Source: Dictyostelium discoideum (Eukaryota). Taken from it: a DNA stretch of 64,000 nt. A model generated the notes under the pieces. That model had not been told where the DNA came from. It ran no database searches and saw only the letters and a list, made by a program, of their open reading frames with translations. Positions 50,115 through 63,066 of this stretch are shown piece by piece (position 1 is the first letter of the stretch; every line of letters begins with the position of its first letter). The stretch spans positions 2,048,001-2,112,000 of the forward strand of contig CM000151.3 of NCBI GenBank assembly GCA_000004695.1. The letters are read 5' to 3'. A program made the translations under genes and the position numbers.

Positions 50115-50173
50115 ATCTATTTTCTTTTTATCGACTTACCTTGGGCTCTCATAATTTCTTCATAGATTGACAT
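49426..50173 (-). CDS. Small C2-domain protein, 178 aa, 3 exons (34-nt first exon)
   Basis: Exon 1 is 50173..50140 (MSIYEEIMRAQ, GTAAGT donor, phase 1), the intron 50139..50030, exon 2 50029..49847 (GTAATT donor), the intron 49846..49746 and exon 3 49745..49426. Total is 537 nt. The C2 signature reads GFSDPYLVIIAIKPDNSFSKILFKSNVCKKTLTPTWNQVENFFV...IVELWDHDVLSKNDFIGRSII. Confidence 0.6.
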
Positions 50174-50483
50174 TTTTTTATTTTTTTTATATAATATTTT
50201 TTAAATATATGATGGTAAGTAATGAAAAACCTTTTTATTTTTTTATTTTTTTTTTTTTACAAATATAAAATTTTTTTGATTTCTTTTTTGATCAAAAAAA
50301 AAAAAAAAAAAAAAAAAATTAAAAAAAATTAAATTTTAAGATATTTTTGATATCTAGGGAACACTAAAAAATTAAATGTTGCAATTAATTTAAAATTTTT
50401 CAAATAATTTTTTTTTTTTTTTTTTAAAATCAAACATATTTTATTATAATTTTTTTTTTTTTTAAAATTCCAAGATTTTAGTA

Positions 50484-50876
50484 TCACCTTTTATTATTGT
50501 TTTTATTTTTGAAAATTTCGTGAACCTTTGAAGTTGTCCCAATGGTAATTGAAAATACAACCCCGTTTATAATTTCCTGTATATTTTTAAACCACTCTTC
50601 TCTTTGGTAAACATGTAACTAAAAAATAAATTTAAAAAAATCAAATATAAATTAAATTAATATTTTTAAAAAAAAATTATAATAAAAATTGATTTATATT
50701 TATATATCTTAACTTACTCTGAAAGCATCATTATATACACCTATAAATAAAAGTGGTGGTGATCTATATATAAAAATACCCCTTCCATTTTTTGAATTTG
50801 ATAAATTTATAATTGAATTTGTAGCTTTGGTTACTTTATATTCATTTCCTATTTTTAAAAATAATAAATAATTAAT

Positions 50877-50914
<38 letters not shown>

Positions 50915-51248
50915 TTTACAAACCTTTTATTTTTATAAATTTCCCAATTATTTCATCTGGGTGATAAAGACCATAATTTATAAAAGAAAGTTCATCAGAT
51001 AAAATAGTAAATCCAGATGATGAAGCACATGTGTAATTTCCACTCATAAAGCAAACTTTTGTAAATCCAATCTTTGGAAAACAATTTGGATTATCTGTAT
51101 AAAATATAATAAAATATATATAAAAGAAAATAAAAAAAAAAATAAAAAGAAAATTAATCAAAAAGTAAAAAAAAAACAAATAGAAAATTTTAAACATACC
51201 AATAGCATATTGCCAACAACTTGTTGAACAAATCTCTGACATTTTCAT
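50484..51248 (-). CDS. Hypothetical 161-aa protein, 4 exons, no recognised domain
   Basis: Exons are 51248..51200, 51094..50924, 50848..50718 and 50618..50484. Donors are GTATGT, GTTTGT and GTAAGT; acceptors are tacag, aatag and tttag. Phases sum to 486 nt. The translation is MKMSEICSTSCWQYAIG|DNPNCFPKIGFTKVCFMSGNYTCASSSGFTILSDELSFINYGLYHPDEIIGKFIKIK|GNEYKVTKATNSIINLSNSKNGRGIFIYRSPPLLFIGVYNDAFR|LHVYQREEWFKNIQEIINGVVFSITIGTTSKVHEIFKNKNNNKR. Confidence 0.5.
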
Positions 51249-51807
51249 TAATTCAAGGAATTATTTCATAAAATAAAAAAAAAAATAATAATAAAGGAAA
51301 AAGAAAATAGAAAAAATAATTTAAAAAAAATAATAAGGAAAAAGAAAAAAGTTTCAATTGTTAATATAATAGAATAAAATAATAATAAATAAAAAAAAAA
51401 AAAATTAATAAAATAAAATAAAATAAAATAAAAAAAAAAAAAAAAATTAAAATAAAAAATAAATTAATATAAATGAAACAAAATTTTGATCAACCATGGA
51501 GCCAAACATCACAATAAAATTTTATATGGGTAATAATAACAAACACACACTCACACACAACCAAGTTTTTGGAAAACCACATAAAAAACACAGTTTTGGT
51601 TAATTTTAGTGGGTAATGAGTTTAATTTTTGGGGGGTTTGAGAGTGGTGGTGGTTTTGAGAGTTAATATCTTTATATATAAATCTATATTATTATTACCA
51701 TCATTACATGACAGATTTAAATTGATTTTCACTTAATTTTTTTGTTTTTTTTAATTATTTAATTTAAATTATTTACTTTATTTTTATTTTTTTATTTTTT
51801 TTTTTTT

Positions 51808-53319
51808 TTAAACCATTGTTACAAGTTCTTCTCTAAATTAATTAATTTATGATTTTTTTGGTTTTTTTTTTTTTTTTTTTTTTTTGGTTAGTATAAATTA
51901 ATATTGGATTTTTTTTAAAAATAAAATTAATAAAATTAATAAAACTTACGCAGATGTTGGATGAATTGCACAAGTATTATCCAAATCCCATTTTGTACAA
52001 CCCATTTTAACAGCAACAGCAAAACCTTGAATAATTTCATCACAACCATCACCAATAATGTGTAAACCAATAACTTTTTCCTCTTTACCTAAACAAACCA
52101 ATTTCATAGAGGTTCTAACTTTATGAACTTGAACTGAATAAAACATATTGATGAATGAGGTATTGTAACATTTGATATTTTCAGTACCATACTTGGTGAT
52201 TGCTTCTTGTTCGGTTAAACCAACGGTACCAATTGGTGGATGAGAGAATACAACAGTTGCAACATTTTCATATTCGAATTTCAAATCGGATTTTCCATTG
52301 AAAAGACGTTCAGAAAGACGACGACCAGCAGCGATTGCAACTGGTGTTAATAAAAAGTTACCACAAATATCACCAACTGCATGGACACCTGGTACATTTG
52401 TATTTTGGAATTCGTCTACTTTAATGAAACCACTTTGTTCTGTCAATTGAATACCAGCCTTGTCAATACCCAAATCATCAGTATTTGGTACACGACCAAT
52501 TGCCCAAATTACACATTCAACTGGTGGTAATTTTACACCTGCGTTTGTGGTGGCAATGATTCTCTTTCCATCGACATCTCTTTCCAATGATTTAATGGAT
52601 GCTTCAGTTACAAATTTGACACCATCGTCAGTCATTTGTTTCAAAAGGGTAGTGTGTAACATTTCATCAAAAGTACGAAGGAATTGTTTTTGACGGATCA
52701 CCATTGTTGTTTCGGAGCCTAATGAATGTAAGACACCAGCCAATTCCACTGCGATATATCCAGCACCGACTACCAATGTTGATTTTGGTAAATCTTCCAA
52801 CTCAAAGAATCCATCTGATGTAATACCCAATTCTTTACCTGGTACATCTGGTACAGTTGGTCTACCACCAGCTGCAATTAAAATATGATCAGCTGTATAC
52901 TTTTCACCGTTGGCACCATTGACTTGAATCTCTTTTGGTCCGCTAAATCTACCATAACCATTGATTCTAACGATATTATCTTTTGCGAGATTTGAGTCAT
53001 AAATTCCATTCAAACGTTTGATATATTCATCACGTGCTTTCTTAATTGTTGGCCAATTGAATTTAACTTGTTGACCACCAAAATCAAAACCATAACTTGG
53101 TGCTGCATTAATCATCTCTTTAATGAATGATGTATTCCACATAACTTTCTTTGGTACACAACCAACATTTACACATGTACCACCTGGTCTTGTTACCTCT
53201 ACAATACCAATACGATCTCCATTACCTTTAGCATTTAAATGTTTTGCTGCTCTTCTTGCTGATGCAATACCACCTGATCCTGCTCCTAAAACTAAATATG
53301 TAAAATGATTTGTTGAACT

Positions 53320-53322
<3 letters not shown>
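51808..53322 (-). CDS. gsr: Glutathione reductase (pyridine nucleotide-disulfide oxidoreductase class I), 465 aa, 2 exons with 25-nt terminal exon
   Basis: Exon 1 is 53322..51950 (ends ...AIHPTS + GC, GTAAGT donor, phase 2), the intron 51949..51833 and exon 2 51832..51808 (A-EELVTMV-stop). Total is 1398 nt. The N-terminus carries the FAD-binding GAGSGG motif, the redox-active disulfide [16 protein letters not shown] sits about 53181..53140, and the HPT motif near the C-terminus. Confidence 0.9.
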
Positions 53323-53362
<40 letters not shown>

Positions 53363-53762
53363 CCTATTCAAAAATTTTTAAAAAAAAAAAAAAAAAAAAA
53401 AAATTAATATATTAATTTTAAATAAATAAAAAATAAACAAATAATTTAATAAAATACAAACAATTATACAATCAAAAAGGTTTGTGTTTGATTAAAATAA
53501 TTGAAATTAATTTTCAAAAAAAAAAAAAAAATTAAAAAAATTTATTTTTAAAAATAAAAAAAAAAAAAATAAAAATAAAAATAAAAAAAAAAAAAAAAAA
53601 TAAAAAATGATGATATAAATGTTTTCCATTTACTTCTAGAAGCTAAATCAAGAAATGTTTTTTTTTTTTTTCATCCAAATCCTACAGGGAAAGGAAATAA
53701 TTATCCCATAGTTATTAAATATGATTACTTATTTTTGGATTTTTTTTTTTTTTTCAGATTAC

Positions 53763-53829
<67 letters not shown>

Positions 53830-54037
53830 TTATAAGTACAAGTTTATTTTCACTTTTTTTATATCATTTTTTACAATATATATTTTTATTTTTTTTATTT
53901 TTTTATTTTTTATTTTTTTTTTTTTGTTTTCTAGTTATTACAAACTTTTTTGTTTTTGTTTTTGTTTTTTTTTTTTTTTAAAAAAACTTGAAGATAATTA
54001 AAAAAAAAGGTGGGGAAAAAAAGGAATTTGATGTAAT

Positions 54038-54926
54038 TTATTTTTGTTGTTTTTCAGATTTTTCTTGTTCTTTTTGAATTTCTTTTTCAGCTTCAACGAC
54101 AGCAACTAATTTATCAATTTCTTGTTCATCTAATAAAACGATTGGTTGTTTATTTCTAATGACTGCAATTTCAATATTTTTATTTCCACTTTCAACAATC
54201 TCTAATAAAGCTCTAACTGCTAATTTAATTGATTCCTCTTCACTAACGTCTGTATAATTCTTTTCTAAAAATTCACCAACACTCTTTGAACTACGACCAA
54301 TTGCAGCGGCTTTCCATGAACTATAGGATCCAGATGGATCAGTTTGATAAAGATTTGGTGTACCATCTGTATCAAAACCAACAATTAATGTTGAAATACC
54401 AAATGGTCTAACACCACCACTTTGAGTATAACGCTAAATTTATTATTAATTATTAATTTTTTATTTTAAAAGGGAGGAGGGTTGGAAAAGTAAAATAAAA
54501 TAAAATAAAATAAAATTAATATATAAGAAAATTTATAATTTTTATATTAAAAAAAAAAAAAAAACTTACTTGTTGAATACCAGCAATAAATTTAGAAATA
54601 TATTCAACTGATGGTGAATCTTCAACAGTTAATCTATAGGATTGACATTCCATTAATGCTTTACTAATTAATACACGTGAATCGGCAGTTAAACCAGCAA
54701 AGGTTAAACAAATGTGGTCATCTAATTTAACGATTTTTCTAATTGATCTTGCATCTTGAAGTTTAGCGGTTGCTTTCTTTTCAACACCTAAAACAATAAC
54801 ATCTTTACCACGTACACCAACTGCAACAGTACCTTTTCTTACTGCTTCCATGGCATATTCTACTTGAAAAAGATGACCATCTGGTGAGAAAACTGTAATT
54901 GCTCTATCGTATCTTGCACTTGACAT
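54038..54926 (-). CDS. psmA7: 20S proteasome subunit alpha type-7 (alpha-4), 250 aa, 2 exons
   Basis: Exon 1 is 54926..54570 (119 codons, ends ...AGIQQ, GTAAGT donor), the intron 54569..54434 and exon 2 54433..54038 ([21 protein letters not shown]...). The sequence is near-collinear with human PSMA7 ([53 protein letters not shown]). Confidence 0.9.
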
Positions 54927-55929
54927 TATTATGTATTTATATATATATTATATTATTGGAAAAAAAGAAAAAAAAAAAAAAAATTTGGAGTTGATGTGTG
55001 TGTGAGAAATGAAAATTTTAATAAAAAAAAAAAAAAAAAAAAAAAATTAATTTAAAAAAATAAAAAAAAAAAAATTGATTGTGAAGTGCAAAACTTTTTT
55101 TTTTTTTAATTTTTTTAATTTATTTTTTTTTTTTTTTAATTTTTTTTATTTTTTTTTTTTTTTTATTAAAACGGAAAAAATTGAAAAATAAAAAAAAAAT
55201 AATAATAAACAAGATAATATTATTATTATTTCATTATTTATTTATAACTCTTAATTAAATATTTTTCGTTTTTTTATTTATAGTTTTATTAAATTTTAAA
55301 AAAACAAAATAAAAAAAAAAAAAAAAAAAGAAATAAAAAATAATAAAATTTTATTAAAAAAAAAATGAAATAATGAAAAATTATATCACAAAGTAATTAT
55401 TTATTTTGGAAAAAATATCAGGTCAATTTTTTTTATTTTTATTTTTATTTTTATTTTTTTTTTATTTTTTTATTTTTTTATTTTTTTTTTTTTTGATTAG
55501 ATTTACCACCACTCTAATTGATATTCCATTTAAAATAATTTGATAATTTCACTAATCTTTTTTAAATGTTTTTAAAAGATATTATTCAAATGTGTTTAAA
55601 AAAAAAAAATTATTCTCCAATCACACCATTTTCAAAAACACCAATCAGTGGTTTTTCAAAAAAAAAACAAAAAAATTAAATATTTCTATAACATCAAATT
55701 AAAAAATAATAATAATAAAAATTTTAAAAATATAAAAAAAATAATAATAATAATAGTAATACACTTGTAATAATAAAAAAAAAAAAAAAAAAAAAAATTA
55801 TTCTATCTATCTATTTATTAAAAAATAATTAAATTTTATTGTTTATAAACAAGAAATAATTTATGTTGAAAAAATAAAATTTATTCAAAATTTTATTTTC
55901 TTTGTGTATTTTTCAGATCTATTTAAGAT

Positions 55930-56345
55930 CTAAAAATCTAAGGAAAAAGGTTTATTAGCTTGTTGACTTAGAAATATTCTAATAATGATTTCTACGTTAT
56001 CTTTAATCCAAGTACCCTGGGATTCAGGAATATCAAATTCTTTTCCGTTGAATTCAATTTTACCTGATTTTATATGAAATTCCTTTTTGTCCCAAAGCTT
56101 ACCTTCAATTTTGTATTCGGTAAAACTCATAAAATATGGTGTTGGAAGAATACGGGGGGTTGGTGCTGGATGAGCTATATTTTTAAAAAAAGGAAGAGGA
56201 AATTAATGAAATGAAATGTAAGATTTTTAAATTTATATAAATAAAAATTAAATATTTAGAAATTAATAATTTCAATTAATTTACCTTTACCACTTATTGT
56301 TGATTCCCCATCTTCATTAATTAATGTAATTTTCAATTCAGCCAT
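55930..56345 (-). CDS. Small (101 aa) protein of an unrecognised family, tandem copy 1; 2 exons
   Basis: Exon 1 is 56345..56285 ([26 protein letters not shown] donor, phase 1), the intron 56284..56175 and exon 2 56174..55930 ([82 protein letters not shown]). Confidence 0.6.
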
Positions 56346-57533
56346 TTTAAAATATATTTATTTATTTATTTAAAGTTATAATTTATATTATTTTTTAAAA
56401 AAAAAAGAGAATGTTATTAAATGAAGAAAAAAAAAAAAAAAAAAAAAAACAAAAAGAAAAAGAAAATTAAAAAAATTAATGGTTTTTTCACCCCAATTAT
56501 TATTATAATTTACATATCTCTCTTATATCTCTCTATTAAAAAAAAAAAAAAAAAAATTAAAATTATTTAAAATTGGCAAACTACAAAATCAATTCATCTT
56601 CACTCACCACCAAAACAGTTTTTTTTTTTTTTATCAATTTTTTGAAATTTTTTATTATTTTAATATAAGCTTAAATTAAAAGGTTTTATTATTTACAATT
56701 GTTACTAATTTAATCATGAGTTGGGCAGAGAATGTAATTGCAATAAAACACACATGCAGTTTTTAAAACCTAATTTTAATTTTAATAAATTAGAGTGTTG
56801 GTCTTCTTTTTATGTTCAAAGAACACCAAAAAGTATAAATATTGAATTTCTAATATATTTTTATTAAAATATAATAATTACTAAAAAAATGAGATAATAT
56901 ATAAGAAGGTTATAAATTTTATTAATTATGGTTTTAATAATAAGATGTTTAAAAAATAATAAAATAAATTATAAATTGGAAAAGAATAAATATTGCGAAA
57001 ATTTAAAAAGTATAAATATTGCGAAAAATTTAATAGAATATATTGAAAAAGTTTATGTTTTAAAGGGATTAAAAAACAATGTGGAATTTTCAATATATTT
57101 TTGGTGGAAATTATTTTGATTCTTATATATTTAAATCTTTTTTTTTTATTATTCATATTTTATAAAAAATAACACCCAAATACATTTGCATCATATATGT
57201 TTCTAATTTCTAAATCTGACAGTTCTTCAATTGAATTTTTTATTTTTTATTCTTTATTTTGGGTAAAATAAATTGCTTTATTTTAACATCCAATCAAATT
57301 TCTTTTAAAAAAATAATAAAAAAAAATATCAAAATTAAAATTATTATAAAATGTCCAACTACAATAAATCATCTCAACTCACCACCAAAACAGTTTTTTT
57401 TTTTTTTTTTTTTTTTTGTATCATCCACCATGCATTTATTTTTTAATGGTTTTATTTTTTTTTAATATTTTTAAATAATCAGCTGATAATGAATTAAAAC
57501 CAATAAATAAATAGTCTCTCCAATTAATTTATT

Positions 57534-57566
<33 letters not shown>

Positions 57567-57701
57567 TTTGAGACAAAATTTAAAAATTTTAATCTAAATA
57601 AATAAATTTATAAAATTTTATTCTATATTATATTTATGATGAAAATAAGATTAATGCAAATTTTTTATTTCTTTGTTTTTCATTGTATCTGTTTTTGAGA
57701 T

Positions 57702-58114
57702 CTAAAAATTTTTTTGGAAAATTTTTTTTGGTGGTACAATTAGATGTAAACTAACTTTGATGTGGTTTTCTTCATCATCTTTACTCCATGTGCCTTTAGA
57801 TTCAGTAATATCATATTCTTCTCCGCCGAATTCAATTTTACCTGATTTTATTTGAAAATCATTTTTGTCCCAAAGTTTACCTTCAGTTTTATATTGGATA
57901 AAACAGAAACAATATATTGGAGGAAATATTAGGGGAGCTGGTAATGGATGACCTATATTTTATAAAAAATCCAGAATAAAATGAAATGATATGTTAGATT
58001 TTTAAATATATATAAATAAAATTAAATATTTAGAAATTAATTATTCCAATTACCTTTACCACTTATTGTTGATTCCCCATCTTCATTAACTAATGTAATT
58101 TTCAAATCAGTCAT
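57702..58114 (-). CDS. Small (103 aa) protein, tandem copy 2 of the same family; 2 exons
   Basis: Exon 1 is 58114..58054 ([20 protein letters not shown]), the intron 58053..57953 and exon 2 57952..57702 ([83 protein letters not shown]). Exon/intron positions are identical to copy 1. Confidence 0.6.
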
Positions 58115-59218
58115 TTTAAAATTTATTATTATTATTATTTATTTATTTTTAAGAGTAATTATATTTAAATTGAATGTTGAAAAAAAATTTTATTAAATAA
58201 TTAAAAAAAAATAAAAAAAAGAAAAAAAAAAATAAAAAAAAAAAAATAAAAAAATTGTTTTTTTTAATAATAAATTATTGTAATTTATATCTCACTTGTA
58301 TCCCCATTAAAAAAAAATAATAAATAAAATAAAATAAAATGACAATCATCTTCACCCCTCCCACAATCAAAACAGTTTTTTTTTTTTTTTTATAAACAGT
58401 TTAAATTAGAGGTTTTATTATTATTTAAAAAAAGTTTATTCTATGTCAATTATTAAACTGATAACAATAATTTGTGATATGGTAATTTGGTGAGTGTTGT
58501 TGATGCTGTAATATATTATTAAAAGATTGAAAATCTTGATTTTTACCAATCATTGAATTTGATTTTCTAAAATTTGCTAAAATCTGACTAGCAAAAAAAA
58601 AAAAAAAAATAATAGAAAAAAAAAAAAATAATTAAAAAAAAAAAATTTGGCGCAAATTTTAAAGTAAATTGTTATTTAATCTTAAAACAATCAAATAACT
58701 GTTTATAAATAGTTTTTTTTATTGTTTTGGTTAAATTAATTGTTTTTAATTTAAAAAAAAAAAAAAAAAAATTTAGTGTGAAAACTCACTACAACAAATC
58801 TGCAAAATTAAAATCAAATAAAACAAATTATAAATAAAACTTTTTGTGGAAAGAATGTAATTGCAATAACTGAATGTTTGGTATAACTATATGATGAATA
58901 ATATTCTCCCATTTCAGAGGAAATGTAAATTATTAAACCTAATATGATGTTGAATTTCTTAATTTCAAAACTCCAAATACATTTGCATCATATATGTTTC
59001 TTATTTATTTAAATGTCAGATAAATTTATCTTATGTTTCCTCAATTGAACAAACAAAACCAAAACCACCTAATACATTTACATCATATATGTTTCTTATT
59101 TATTTAAATGTCAGATAATTAAATTTTAAAAACATAGAAATTATATATGATGAAAAAATAAGATTAATGAAATTTTTTATTTCTTTGTTTTCATTGTATC
59201 AGATCTGTTTTAAGATCT

Positions 59219-59628
59219 TTAATTTTTTGGGAAAAATTTTTCTGGTGGTCTAAATAGATGTAAATTAACATCGATTGCGTTTTCCTCATCATCTTTACTC
59301 CATGTGCCTTTAGATTCAGGAATATCATATTCTTCTCCGTCGAATTCAATTTTACCTGATTTTATTTGAAATTCATTTTTGTCCCAAAGTTTACCTTCAG
59401 TTTGGTATTGGGTAAAACGGAAAATATATATTGGAGGAAATATTAAGGGAGCTGGTAATGGATGACCTATATTTTTAAAAAGAGCCAGAATGAAATGAAA
59501 TGATATGTTAGATTTTTAAATATATATAAATAAAATTAAATATTTAGAAATTAATTATTCCAATTACCTTTACCGCTTATTGTTGATTCCCCATCTTCAT
59601 TAACTAATGTAATTTTCAAATCAACCAT
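59219..59628 (-). CDS. Small (102 aa) protein, tandem copy 3 of the same family; 2 exons
   Basis: Exon 1 is 59628..59568 ([20 protein letters not shown]), the intron 59567..59467 and exon 2 59466..59219 ([82 protein letters not shown]). It is about 90% identical in nucleotide sequence to copy 2, intron included. Confidence 0.6.
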
Positions 59629-60162
59629 TTTAAAATTTATTATTATTATTTATTTATTTTTAAGAGTAATTATATTTAAATTGAATGAGGAAAAAAAATT
59701 TTATTAAATAATTAAAAAAAAAAAATAAAAAGAAAAAAATAAAAAATAAAAAAAAAAGAAAAAAAAAATTAATTGTTTTATTTTAATAATAAATTATTGT
59801 AATTTATATCTCACTTGTATCCCCATTAAAAAAAAAAATAATAAATAAAACAAAATAAAATGACAATCATCTTCACCCCTCCCCCACAATCAAAACAGTT
59901 TTTTTTTTTTTATCATTCCACCATTTTTTTATAAACAGTTTAAATTAAAGGTTTTATTATTATTTATAAAAAGGTTTATTCTATGTCAAAATGGTGTAAT
60001 GATAAAAAAAAAAAACTGTATTTCCCAAATTAATTTTTTTTTTTTTTTTTTTTTTGAATTGGCGCCCAAATTAAAAAATAAAGTCTTTTTTTTTTTTTTT
60101 TTTTTTTTTTATTCAACTTTATTTTTTCAAATGTTGTAATAGATACAACAAATAATAAAAAC

Positions 60163-60309
60163 ATGTTAGGTACAAAAAGAAACTTAAGTGATACAAATGA
60201 TATAATTAATGATGAGAATGTAGATAATAATAGTAATGATAATAGCAATAAAAGATTCAAAACAAATTCGATCTCATTTGAAAAGAAATCGAATCCACCA
60301 TCATTATCG

Positions 60310-60353
<44 letters not shown>

Positions 60354-60886
60354 AACATCAACAATACCATTAGGATCACAAAAGCGTATAAATATTACAT
60401 CATTTTCAGGTCACAGAATTACTAGAGTAGTAAAATCTCAAAATAGTGAGAATATTTCAACCTCTTTATCAAAATCAAATATATTATTTAACGATTTATT
60501 AAAGAAACCAATTAATGAAATTTTAGAAGAGATAGAGAATATTGTAAAATATTTTTATTAATATATTTATATTTATATATTATAGTAATAATAATAATTA
60601 TAATAATTATAATACTAATATTTTATTTCTCAGGAATCATTAAAATTAAAATCAGAATTAATTAAAAATTCAAATTCATTAACGCCAACCAAATCAAAAG
60701 GAGTTAGTGAAGAGATAGTAAAGAATAAAGACAATAGATTATGGGTAGATAAATATGCACCAACATCATTTCATGATTTACTTAGTGATACAACTATGAA
60801 TTTAGAAGTACTAAATTGGTTAGAATTATGGGATCATATTGTATTTGATAAACCGTTATCAAAAAATTTAATAATGCCTTCAACTT

Positions 60887-60959
<73 letters not shown>

Positions 60960-61430
60960 TAGTAGTAGTACAGGTGGTGGATATTTTAATAAATTTAATA
61001 GTAAATTTACAACAAGTAGTAATAGTAATCAACAACATCAAAACCAAGGTCAATATTTATTACAAGAGGATGGAACACCAATTGCAAAGATTATACTTTT
61101 AACAGGTGGACCAGGTTTAGGTAAAACCACATTAGCACATGTACTCGCTAAACAAGCCAATTATAATCCAGTGGAAATCAATGCAAGTGAAGATAGATCA
61201 GGTGAAGCATTTGAAAGTAAATTATTATCAGCAATTGAAATGAAATCATTATTCAATGATAATAAACCAAATTGTTTAATTATTGATGAAATTGATGGTA
61301 TTTCAGGTCGTGATAATGGTCCAATTGAATTATTAATTAAATTAATTGATAATAGTTTAAAATTAGGTAATCATAAAAAGTCAACTACAAACCCAGCCGC
61401 TAAAAAATCAGCTGGAAAAGATACAGAATC

Positions 61431-61470
<40 letters not shown>

Positions 61471-63066
61471 CATGAAGACCAAGATGAAGATGATGAAAAA
61501 TCAACAAAAACCAAAGGTAAAAAAGGTAAAAAGAAAGGATTTACAACAAGATTACTTAGACCAATCATTTGTATTTGTAATGATCAATATGTACCATCAT
61601 TAAGAAAACTTAGACAAAAAGCAATGGTATTTGATTTTCAAGCACCAAAGAAAAATGATTTATTATCAAGATTAAAGGTAATTTGTTCAAACGAAGGATT
61701 ATCAGCAACTGATGCAACTTTGAATGCATTAATCGATATGACAGGTAGTGATATTCGTGCGTGTATCAACTCTTTACAATTTATTAAATCAAAAACTACT
61801 GTATTAAATTCAGAATTATTAAAGAATAAATCAAATATTGTAATTGGTCAAAAAGATATGGAAAAAGGTTTAGTTGAAATTTGGAATAATATTTTTAAAA
61901 GTTCAAGTATTACAAGTTCAACTAATAAATTATCAAAATATTCAAATACTATATCATCATCGTCATCATCAATTGATTCTATTAATAGTATTAGTAATGA
62001 TTATTTAAATCAATTAGATTTTCAAATTGGTGCATGTAATCAAGTTGATAAATTAATTGATGGTGTTTATGAAAATTATTTAACAAATATGTCAAGTGAT
62101 TATACAATGCAGAAAACAATGGATTGTTTGGATTGGATGGTATTTGGTGATCAAATGTTAAATGTTCATGCTGATGAAAAGTATCGTTCTCTAGTTCCAT
62201 TGGCAATTCATCAACGTTGTTCAACTTATTCACCAAAGATACAATTACCTCATTCCGATTATGATAATTTCATTAAAAAGAAATCAAACTCAAATATTAA
62301 AGATTCCTTTTACTCAGATTTACCAGCCACAATCTATTCTTATCTTACAAAGAAATGCTTTGTCATTGATTTCATTTACCCATTTGTTGATATACTTTCC
62401 TTACCAGTACGTGTTACAAATGTTCAATTGTATAGCCAAACAGAGAAAACCAATTTAAATCGTTTGGTTGAAATTATGAAATTCTATAGATTATCTTATA
62501 AGTTGGAAAAAGTAAATAATTTTATCAAACAACAACATCAACCACAAAAAAAATTAGTTGATAGTCTGGATGAAAAAGATGATGAAGAATTACAACGTAA
62601 TAAAAAACAACAAAATCAACAAACTCAAGATATAACAATGCAATATAAATTGGAACCACCTATTGATACTTTATTATATTTTCAAAATCAAAATCCAAAA
62701 ACTATGGTAAAACATATTCGATTATCTCATAGTCAAAAACAAATTATTTCTACAGCTGTACAACAATATAAACCACCTCAAAAATCAACTACTACCACCG
62801 CCACCGACACCACCACTACTGTTAAAAATGATGAAAATCAAAAACAAAAAGATCAATTGAAAAAACCAATACCAACAAAAGAAGAATTCAAAAAACCTTT
62901 GGTACCAACAGTTTTAAAAGATTTCTTTGGTAGAGTCATTCAAACATCACCAGAAACTAAAAAGAAAACTATGGAAGCAACAGCTGGTCCAAATATTAAA
63001 TATAGATTCCAAGAAGGTTTTACAAATGCTGTTAAGAAAACAGTGTATGTAAAAGATTTCTTGTAA
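60163..63066 (+). CDS. ctf18: Ctf18/Chl12 (chromosome transmission fidelity 18), RFC-like AAA+ clamp-loader subunit; 937 aa, 2 exons
   Basis: Exon 1 is 60163..60543 (127 codons, GTAAAA donor), the intron 60544..60633 (acceptor tttctcag) and exon 2 60634..63066. The Ctf18-specific motif reads RLWVDKYAPTSFHDLLSDTTMNLEVLNWLELWD (compare human LWVDEFAP..LLSDD.TNR.LL.WLKLWD). Walker A reads LLTGGPGLGKTTLAHV, followed by DEIDGI, an SRC-like region, and poly-N and poly-D inserts. Confidence 0.75.

Larger units (their letters stand above)
55900..59960. repeat. Head-to-tail tandem array (units of about 1.5-1.8 kb) containing the three small-protein genes plus shared upstream and downstream non-coding motifs
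   Basis: Gene bodies plus introns are repeated at 55930-56345, 57702-58114 and 59219-59628. The motif caccaaaacagT(n) recurs at 56600, 57370, 58360 and 59880, about 250 bp 5' of each ATG plus one orphan copy. The motif ccaaatacatttgcatcatatatgtttct recurs at 57178, 58975 and 59070. Confidence 0.7.

Noticed and set aside
53721-54001. Poly-Lys/poly-Phe ORFs
   Set aside because: They read through an A59 homopolymer in the gsr/psmA7 intergenic region.
56926-57156. Overlapping 63/76-aa ORFs between tandem copies 1 and 2
   Set aside because: AT-rich, with no similarity to the array gene and no splice signals. Probably decayed spacer of the orphan repeat unit.
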